Positions 58,001 through 64,000 of a DNA stretch of 64,000 nucleotides are shown one piece after another. The stretch is from an uncultured delta proteobacterium (GTDB lineage: Bacteria; Myxococcota_A; Polyangia; Polyangiales; Houyiibacteriaceae), in contig CAWBXS010000005.1 in assembly GCA_963792825.1 (NCBI GenBank), forward strand, positions 320,407-384,406, in the 5' to 3' direction. A program made the position numbers and the translations under genes. The stretch's first letter is position 1, and each line of letters opens with the position of its first letter. A model generated the notes under the pieces. That model did not search any database. It saw only the letters and a list, made by a program, of their open reading frames with translations, and was not told the DNA's origin.

Positions 58001-58193
58001 CTGGGAACGGTCGCCCGGCGGGCCCGTGACCGTCATGGATTTCGTCGCCTTCGACGAGGCCTGGAAGCTCACGGACGACGGCTGGGGCTTTTGGGACGAG
58101 CTGCGGACGCCAAACTACGCGCTGTGCGGCACGCCTGCGGATTCCGCCTGCAACGTCCCCCTGTATCAGGGCGCGGGCTTCTACTCCCCGTGA
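55062..58193 (+). CDS. Cys-rich lipoprotein with locus-specific domain and C-terminal GH17
   Basis: Lipobox LAGC; Cys repeats (CEDNNACTDNAC); NYGPYR, VSVGNE, IGETGW, AFDEAWK. Confidence 0.9.
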   Translation: MRYVSALSTTVMLAVALAGCSSGQPEAGIGNVDMAVTLATPPSGPNEQVDTVDVSFYCEGVDPVLGVPRPPQSSPETFTINTSTSQGPEPKNTIGLFEKQGLPAGPCHFDFSAVSNSGNTECTGKLTLVVATNATTSGEVVLACIHTPRYGGVRPDGTFNQCAEYRQILVSPTTQAIGNLVDVRTEVYDPDGDPVTVQVTTAGACGNVQSSNGTTAASCTTVSGCEAVVNTVECTDVGLCEIIVAVSDDGFSSCTGFLPNGNNNNAARSTIAVDCTVASGCGNGQLEPGEDCDPPDGIFCDDNCQAIDPCSPDPCNQGNVCSPEVCSADANNQPLCTADPGSAAGNACSPPAGGTCDGQGNCVACTLDSDCEDNNACTDNACVAGACVFTNDDTNQCTTGGLPGTCNAGSCEGLCTGVTCTSSVECVTEVCDPADGQCKPQNDGINTGCDLGGSPGVCDGQGACVQCNIDAQCASGESCVNNVCEGVVIACLYEQNFEALTPGDPPDPAPNSLSEDGWLVGANVFGPDGTTFLYNYFAFPAPNGGPAFSAVAVGEGGPDQGAQQLSIYNDYNNADHGAGNIIEAIVFRQRTIEASDVGTTIVFTFDAKKGNIVPPTTAAAFIKTIAGTNTTNALFVDTTNLPATWNTFTISLPIITDLVGQVLQIGFQSRATNFNSSGIFYDNITLGVEGCGGGGGPGIEVRPLPEIYTTGTAINYGPYRAGGPGTGEFPSDADILEDLGLLQTAGYNLIRLFGADPVHERILQLAEANFPEMRFQQGLNLEGLSGAAATNCDRASNDSQVATAIQLANTYSNVVTVSVGNETSFFAGFMPLNCLEGYITQTRDNVVQPVTADDDYTFYANLFGRSPDGVLRLIDFVSIHTYPFLNYQQWDWKQEGVPAGPLRAEAMMNASLAKAQQNYQLVYDYRYRNASGVTVTVGETRPIVIGETGWKWRQTTPSQEIETYAANPVNAKWYKDLMQTWERSPGGPVTVMDFVAFDEAWKLTDDGWGFWDELRTPNYALCGTPADSACNVPLYQGAGFYSP
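55135..57148 (+). repeat. ~2.0 kb near-identical direct repeat, copy 2
   Basis: Matches 52386-54400. Confidence 0.95.
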
Positions 58194-58243
58194 GACGGCG
58201 AACCGGCCGGATGTCCCTCGGCGCACCCGGTTTCATGATGATC

Positions 58244-58290
58244 TTGACATCTTTCGGCCGCCCGCGTAGTTCGTTCGATGAATGGACGAA
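58244..58290 (+). promoter_or_regulatory. Promoter (TTGACA-17-TAGTTC) overlapping a ROK-type operator
   Basis: TTGACA at 58244-58249; TTCGTTCG-N5-TGGACGAA at 58270-58290. Confidence 0.65.
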
Positions 58291-58371
58291 GTCCAAGATC
58301 GTTGCTTCGAGCCTGCGAGCTTCCGCCCCCTGTGACGCCGATTCGTCGGAAGAGCCGACGCCAGATCTCCG

Positions 58372-59610
58372 ATGAAGAGCGCCGTGCAAACCACCCACGA
58401 AATACTCGGCGCATCCGCGATGCGGGCGCAACACAGCCGGCTGATCCTGAACCTGCTCTGGAAGGAACGGCAGATCTCCCGTGCGGAATTGGCTAGACGC
58501 ACGAGCTTGAGTCGTTCGACGGTCTCGGCCATCGTGAACGATTTGCTGAGCACGGGTCTGGTCGAGGAAACCCACCCTGGCATTTCGAGCGGTGGCCGCC
58601 GCCCGATCATCTTGGAGTTTCAAGACCAAGCGAGCTTCATCATCGGGATCGAGCTCGGCGCAACGCACATTTCGTGCGTGCTGACGGACTTGCGCTGCAA
58701 CCTTCGGGCATCTTGGTCCGCGCCGGTTCCAGTGCGTGAGGAGCCAGAGGTCGCTCTGACGAAAATGACGATGGCCGTCCGCTCGGTGCTCGAGGCGGGC
58801 AGCGTGCCGCAATCCAGCCTGCTCGGCCTCGGGGTAGCCGTTCCGAGCCCCGTCGACCGCGAGCGACCGGGAGAGCTGTTACCGCTGATCGTCCCCAAGT
58901 GGGCCGGCTACAACATCGCCGACCATCTAGGAGACGAATTCCAGAGGCCCGTGTTCGTCGACAACGACGCCAACCTCGGAGCCTTGGCGGAGCTCTGGTG
59001 GGGCGTCGGATCTTCCGTCAAAGATCTCGCATACATCAAAGTCGCCACGGGGATTGGCGCCGGCCTGATCATCGATGGCCGCATCTTTCGAGGTAGTGCC
59101 GGCGTCGCTGGAGAAATCGGCCACACGGCGATCGACCCCAGTGGGCCCGAGTGCATCTGTGGTCTCAGGGGTTGCCTCGCCACCCTAATTGGCACACCCG
59201 CCCTTCTCGAACGTGCGAAAGACGACTTGCGCGCAGTCGGCTCGGATCGCCGACCGCCTGGCAATATCGATGAAGTGGTCAGCGCCGCTCTGGATGGCGA
59301 TCCGGTTTCCGTCGAGTTGATTCACTATGCCGCCGGAAAGCTCGGCGTCGGGATCGCGAACCTGCTCAACCTCCTCAACCCTGAGATGGTGATACTCGGA
59401 GGCGGCATCGCCCGGGCTGGCGACCTCTTGTTGGACGCCGTCCGAGACACGATCGTCGGCTTGTCTTTGCCCGCCTCGATCTGTAATGCGGAGATCCGGA
59501 CGACTGGATTGAACGAGTGGGGCATTGCAGTGGGCGCCGCAACGCTTGCCTTGGAAGCTGCCCTCGAGGAACCTTCCCTGTTCCCCGCACAAGCGAGAGG
59601 AGCTCTATGA
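58372..59610 (+). CDS. ROK family transcriptional repressor (XylR/NagC-like)
   Basis: ISRAELARRTSLSRSTVS, GGRRP, VDNDANLGAL, GEIGH, CICGLRGC. Confidence 0.95.
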   Translation: MKSAVQTTHEILGASAMRAQHSRLILNLLWKERQISRAELARRTSLSRSTVSAIVNDLLSTGLVEETHPGISSGGRRPIILEFQDQASFIIGIELGATHISCVLTDLRCNLRASWSAPVPVREEPEVALTKMTMAVRSVLEAGSVPQSSLLGLGVAVPSPVDRERPGELLPLIVPKWAGYNIADHLGDEFQRPVFVDNDANLGALAELWWGVGSSVKDLAYIKVATGIGAGLIIDGRIFRGSAGVAGEIGHTAIDPSGPECICGLRGCLATLIGTPALLERAKDDLRAVGSDRRPPGNIDEVVSAALDGDPVSVELIHYAAGKLGVGIANLLNLLNPEMVILGGGIARAGDLLLDAVRDTIVGLSLPASICNAEIRTTGLNEWGIAVGAATLALEAALEEPSLFPAQARGAL

Positions 59611-60446
59611 TGCGAAACACACTCTATTCGCGCGTCTTGATCACCACTGTCCTAGTTGGCGCCCTTTGTGGCAGCTGCGGGTCCTCCGATGCGGTGGTCA
59701 GCCCGCCCGAGCGCTGGGCGCTCACCATGTCCGACGAGTTCGAAGGCGAGGAGGGCACGAGGCCTGACCCGGAGATGTGGACCTACGACGTCGGCGGAGA
59801 CGGCTGGGGCAACAATCAGCTCGAATTCAACACCGATCGCGTGGAAAATGTATCGCTCGACGGGCAAGGCAACCTGCGAATCGTGGCGCGGGAAGAGTCG
59901 TTCATGGGCAACGAATACACCTCGGGCCGCATCAAGACCCAGGGGCTTTTCCAACAAGAGCACGGTCGATTCGAGGCGCGCATCAAGCTCCCGGAAGGCG
60001 CGGGCCTCTGGCCGGCGTTCTGGATGCTGGGCGCCAACGTCGACGAGGTGCCTTGGCCTGGCTGCGGCGAGATCGACGTGTTCGAGTTCCAAGGTCAACG
60101 GCCCGAGAGGATATTCGCCAGCGTCCACGGGCCGGGCTACTCCGGTGGCGAGGCGATCTCGAACGATTTGGAGTTAGGCGAAAGCGAGAGCTTCGCGGAC
60201 GACTTCCATGTCTTTGCGGTGGAGTGGGATCCGGGACGCATCACGTTCTCGGTCGACGGGCAGGTCTACCACGTCGTCCGAAGCGCGGACGTCAGCGCGA
60301 AGGGTGACTGGGTCTTCAACAACGACTTCTTTGTGATCCTCAATCTCGCCGTTGGGGGGAACCTCGGCGGTCCGGTGGGAGCGGACACGGTCTTTCCGGC
60401 AGAAATGCTCATCGACTACGTCCGAGTCTTCGAGCGTCCCCGGTGA
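59607..60446 (+). CDS. GH16 endo-beta-1,3-glucanase (laminarinase-type) lipoprotein
   Basis: SDEF, GWGNNQLE, WPAFWMLG, GEIDVFE, LNLAVGG, DYVRV. Confidence 0.93.
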   Translation: MMRNTLYSRVLITTVLVGALCGSCGSSDAVVSPPERWALTMSDEFEGEEGTRPDPEMWTYDVGGDGWGNNQLEFNTDRVENVSLDGQGNLRIVAREESFMGNEYTSGRIKTQGLFQQEHGRFEARIKLPEGAGLWPAFWMLGANVDEVPWPGCGEIDVFEFQGQRPERIFASVHGPGYSGGEAISNDLELGESESFADDFHVFAVEWDPGRITFSVDGQVYHVVRSADVSAKGDWVFNNDFFVILNLAVGGNLGGPVGADTVFPAEMLIDYVRVFERPR

Positions 60447-61954
60447 CATCCTCCTCCGTAAAGCGCTACGAGACCGCGCCCGAAGACCGCATCTCGCTTC
60501 CGCACAAGCTGATCTACGGCTTGGGCGGCTTCGTGAACAACCTCCTCGCAGCCGCGAGCGGCGGAATGATCATCGTGTTGAACCTCGGGCTCGGGATGAG
60601 CCCCTGGCTCGTGGGTATGCTCGGCGCCCTACCGCGGCTCACGGACGCGTTGACCGACCCCCTGATGGGCTACATCTCCGACCACACGCGGACGAAGTGG
60701 GGACGGCGACGACCGTATATCTTCGTGGGCGCCATAGCGGCAGGCCTAATCTACGCCCTGCTTTGGCAGCTCCCCGAAGGGCGAAGCGAGGGCTTCTATT
60801 TCTGGTTCTTTCTCGTGGTCTCGGTGATTTTCTACCTCGCGTACACGGTCTTTGCGACGCCGTGGGTGGCACTCGGGTTCGAGCTGACCCCCGACTATCA
60901 CGAGCGCACCCGCCTCATGGGTGTGCAGAACTTCTTTAGCCAGCTCGCCTACGTCATTTCTCCGTGGTTCCTGCTCGCCATGCAGTACGAGCCGTTTTTC
61001 GACGACATGGTCACCGGGGCGGCGGGGCTGGCCATCGCGATCGGTGTGCTGACCGCGGGCATCGGCATCCTGCCGGCGATTTTCTTGAAGGAGCCCTACC
61101 GCGCCGACGCGGTGGCCCACCTCTACGAGCCCGAGCGAACCGACAGGCAGAAACGGAGAACCGAAGAAAGCCCCATCGTCGCCAGCATGCTCGACTTCTT
61201 CAAGGGCTTCGCGGCAACCCTCCGCTTCCGGCCGTTCTTGAAGCTGTGCGCCGCCACCTTCTTGGTGTTCAACGGGTTCATGTTGATTTCTTCGTTCCAG
61301 TTCTACGTCATCATCTACTACGTATTTGGGGGCGATAAGGTGTTGGGCGCAGAGTACGTCGGCTACTCAGGCACTCTGTCGGCGGCCGGCACCTTCTTCG
61401 TCATCGTGTTCATCACCTGGCTCGCCACCAGGATCGGCAAGCGTCGTGCCTTCTTCGTGGCGACCGCAGTCTCCATTCTCGGCTACTGTCTCAAGTGGTG
61501 GTGCTACGACCCCGAGATTCCGTGGCTTCTCCTTCTGCCGGCACCCTTGATGGCGTTCGGCCTCGGCGGGCTTTTCACCTTGATGGGGTCCATGATCGCC
61601 GACGTCGTCGACCTCGATGAGCTCGAAACGAAAGAGCGGCGAGAGGGAATGTTCGGGTCCATCTACTGGTGGGTGGTCAAGCTCGGAATGGCCGGAGCCC
61701 TCGCCGGCGGCGGATTCCTTCTCGAAGCAACCGGCTTCGACGTAGCGCTCGAGGGGGCCCAGACCGGCGCCACGATCCTGTGGATGCGTTTGTTCGATAT
61801 CTTGGTTCCGGCGATCTCCTCGGCGGTCGCCATTTGGATCGTCGCGTCCTACGAGATCACCGAAGAAAAGGCCCACGAGGTGCGTGCCGAGCTTGAGCGG
61901 CGGCGCGGTGCCGTTTCAGCCACCGCAGTGGACCGCGCATCGATTTATCCATGA
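60443..61954 (+). CDS. MFS transporter, GPH (MelB-like) sugar family
   Basis: DALTDPLMGYISD.TRTKWGRRRPY, ELTPDYHERT, SMIADVVD, RREG. Confidence 0.93.
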   Translation: MTSSSVKRYETAPEDRISLPHKLIYGLGGFVNNLLAAASGGMIIVLNLGLGMSPWLVGMLGALPRLTDALTDPLMGYISDHTRTKWGRRRPYIFVGAIAAGLIYALLWQLPEGRSEGFYFWFFLVVSVIFYLAYTVFATPWVALGFELTPDYHERTRLMGVQNFFSQLAYVISPWFLLAMQYEPFFDDMVTGAAGLAIAIGVLTAGIGILPAIFLKEPYRADAVAHLYEPERTDRQKRRTEESPIVASMLDFFKGFAATLRFRPFLKLCAATFLVFNGFMLISSFQFYVIIYYVFGGDKVLGAEYVGYSGTLSAAGTFFVIVFITWLATRIGKRRAFFVATAVSILGYCLKWWCYDPEIPWLLLLPAPLMAFGLGGLFTLMGSMIADVVDLDELETKERREGMFGSIYWWVVKLGMAGALAGGGFLLEATGFDVALEGAQTGATILWMRLFDILVPAISSAVAIWIVASYEITEEKAHEVRAELERRRGAVSATAVDRASIYP

Positions 61955-63009
61955 AACCTGCCGACGGGCTGGCCGCGATCGCGATTACGGTTGCCGGATG
62001 CCACTCCGGATCGGGCGGAGCGCGTTCGCCGAACGATGTCGAGCGCTTGCAGCAGCCGCCGAGCGCGTTGGTGGCTGGCGAAGTCATGGCGGTGGCGTAT
62101 TCGGGGTTTCGGGAGGGCCAGTATCCCGACCGCGGCGACGGCGCCGTGAATCCGAGCCCCGACGAGATCCTCGACGACCTCGAAATTCTCGTCGCGCACG
62201 ATTTCAATCTAATTCGCCTATACGATTCCGGCGAGAACTCCGCGCTTACCCTCGATCTGATTCGGCGGCACCAGCTCCCGATCAAAGTGCTCTTGGGGAT
62301 GTGGCTCGAGGCCGAGCTCAGCAATCATGAGGGCTGCCCCTGGTTGCACGACCCGATCCCGAAAAAGACGTTGGAGGAAAACGCCTCGAGAAATACGGCC
62401 GAGCTCGAACGCGGAATCGCCCTTGCGCGGCGGTTCGAAGACGTCGTCGTCGCCGTCAACGTCGGCAACGAAGCGCTCGTCGATTGGAACGACCACATGG
62501 TGCCAGTGGAACAGGTGATCGCCTACGTTCGACGGGTGAAGCAGGCAATCAGACAGCCCGTGACCGTTGCAGAAAACTATGCATGGTGGATACGCGACGG
62601 CGCGGCACTCGCAGCCGAGGTCGATTTTCTCGGCGTGCATACCTATCCCCAGTGGGAAGGAAAGACCATCGACGAGGCGCTTGCGTACACGGTTGAAAAT
62701 GTCGAGGGCGTGCGAGGGGCCTTGCCGGACAAACCCATTGCAATCTTGGAAGCGGGTTGGGCGACCATCGCGATCGAATTTGGCGATCGGGCGACCGAGG
62801 CGAGCCAGGCGCGTCATTATCGCGAGCTGCAGGAGTGGGCACGCGCCACGAACACGACCGTCTTCTTCTTCGAGGCGTTCGACGAGCCCTGGAAAGGCGA
62901 TTCGGATGCTCCGCTCGGGGCCGAAAAGCACTGGGGCTTATTCAACGTCGACAGAACCCCGAAGCAGTTGATTCAGGAACGTTCGGCTGCAACCCCCCAG
63001 CCGCACTGA
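61951..63009 (+). CDS. GH17 glycoside hydrolase lipoprotein
   Basis: AYSGFREGQ, IRLYD, VNVGNE, VHTYP, LEAGW, FEAFDEPWK, HWGLF. Confidence 0.9.
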   Translation: MKPADGLAAIAITVAGCHSGSGGARSPNDVERLQQPPSALVAGEVMAVAYSGFREGQYPDRGDGAVNPSPDEILDDLEILVAHDFNLIRLYDSGENSALTLDLIRRHQLPIKVLLGMWLEAELSNHEGCPWLHDPIPKKTLEENASRNTAELERGIALARRFEDVVVAVNVGNEALVDWNDHMVPVEQVIAYVRRVKQAIRQPVTVAENYAWWIRDGAALAAEVDFLGVHTYPQWEGKTIDEALAYTVENVEGVRGALPDKPIAILEAGWATIAIEFGDRATEASQARHYRELQEWARATNTTVFFFEAFDEPWKGDSDAPLGAEKHWGLFNVDRTPKQLIQERSAATPQPH

Positions 63010-63031
63010 AGGTCTATCAACGCGCGGCGCC

Positions 63032-63793
63032 TCACTCGACCAGAACGAGTGAGCCAAACAGTCCGGCGTCGATCCAGCCTCGGTCTTTCTTTTCCCCCGG
63101 CGCGAATTCAGAGCCGATGAAGCTCTCGCGGAGCTCGCTGCCGTCGTTGTCGCACCAGGCGACCATCAGGCCCATCACTTTGCCGACGGATAGCTTGACC
63201 GGGACGTTCTTGTCCGAACCGTCGACGTAGTCGTCCGTGTAGATGTCGATCGCCAGCTCCCAGACGACCTTGTTCTCCTGCTGTCGCCAACGACTCTGCA
63301 CGTGATGGGAGTAGCTGTGCGGTAGCTTATCCGTACCGATGTCGATCGCCTGATTGTCGAGCGACACGTGGTAGGCGAACGCGTTGTGGTTGTATTGGTG
63401 ATCGCCCCCCGAGTAGTCTTCGTCGAGGAAGATCTCGAGGCAGTCGTCGTCCCAGTACTGGACGAGCGGGTCGCGGTGACTATCGAACAAGATGTCGTCG
63501 ACGAGCTCGGCGAGGATGTAAATTCTCTCCGGAGTCCAGGCCACCTTGAAGCGACCCTGAAAATCCTCCGGCGAATACTCGGGACCGAGCCAGCGATGCG
63601 TGATCTCCTGCCAGGGAGCCTGCTGCCAGATGGCCTCATCGGCGACGCCATCTATCGTGGGCGCGCGCTTTGCTTTGGGAGCACGGTACTCGCTGCGTCG
63701 CGGGTAATGAGTGGGCCGTTCGGCCAGAGCGATCGCTGGCACGAGCAGCAAGGCGAATGCGACCACGAGACACAGGCTGGGTCTATTGGCCAT
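63032..63793 (-). CDS. Secreted CBM9-like sugar-binding protein
   Basis: Signal peptide from ATG 63793; PTIDG..DE..W, DDCLEIFLDED, WCDNDG. Confidence 0.85.
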   Translation of the reverse strand: MANRPSLCLVVAFALLLVPAIALAERPTHYPRRSEYRAPKAKRAPTIDGVADEAIWQQAPWQEITHRWLGPEYSPEDFQGRFKVAWTPERIYILAELVDDILFDSHRDPLVQYWDDDCLEIFLDEDYSGGDHQYNHNAFAYHVSLDNQAIDIGTDKLPHSYSHHVQSRWRQQENKVVWELAIDIYTDDYVDGSDKNVPVKLSVGKVMGLMVAWCDNDGSELRESFIGSEFAPGEKKDRGWIDAGLFGSLVLVE

Positions 63794-64000
63794 ACTTGGG
63801 ATTGCCATCCTTGTCCCACAGTCCCCAGTAGGCGCCGACGTCGCCCTCATCGCCGACTTTCCAGGCTTCGTCGAACGACGAGAAATAGAAGACCTCGACA
63901 CCTTCTGCATTCGCCCACTGGTACGTCCGGATGAAGTATTCCAACGCGTTGTCGTAGGAGGGTATCGCCGCACCGAAAGGAGACCCGACGGTCGGCCAAC
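63783..64000 (-). CDS. GH17 glycoside hydrolase, C-terminal fragment (5' end beyond window)
   Basis: Manual translation WPTVG...VFYFSSFDEAWKVGDEGDVGAYWGLWDKDGNPKYGQ*; absent from the ORF track. Confidence 0.85.
   Translation of the reverse strand, partial: WPTVGSPFGAAIPSYDNALEYFIRTYQWANAEGVEVFYFSSFDEAWKVGDEGDVGAYWGLWDKDGNPKYGQ

Overview
GC-rich bacterial DNA. The gene style (many lipoproteins with Gly/Thr linkers and Cys-rich repeats, a DUF1592/DUF1552 pair, an FHA protein) suggests Myxococcota/Polyangiales; this is an inference. The window has three zones. (1) 1-7.1 kb: a >2077-codon enediyne-type iterative PKS (KS-AT-ACP-KR-DH plus a fused hotdog thioesterase-like domain). It runs off the left edge and is missing from the ORF track. 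It lies 37 bp downstream of a CarH-like B12-binding regulator that has a clear sigma70-type promoter and a palindrome, suggesting a light/B12-controlled polyene system. (2) 7.3-36.5 kb: mixed accessory and metabolic genes (sulfotransferase, methyltransferase, acyl-CoA dehydrogenase, GH106-like, gpsA, Mo-hydroxylase pair, FMO, S41 protease) and two deletion-riddled pseudogenes. (3) 36.6-64 kb: a large beta-1,3-glucan locus with GH149, four GH17 modules, GH16, GH1, an MFS transporter and a ROK regulator with three operator-like sites. No SusC/SusD or TonB receptor is visible. The locus also contains a glycoside hydrolase fused to a probable outer-membrane beta-barrel, an unnamed domain present five times (once circularly permuted), and a ~2 kb near-identical duplication with different C-terminal modules. 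No rRNA, tRNA, CRISPR array or transposase was recognised.
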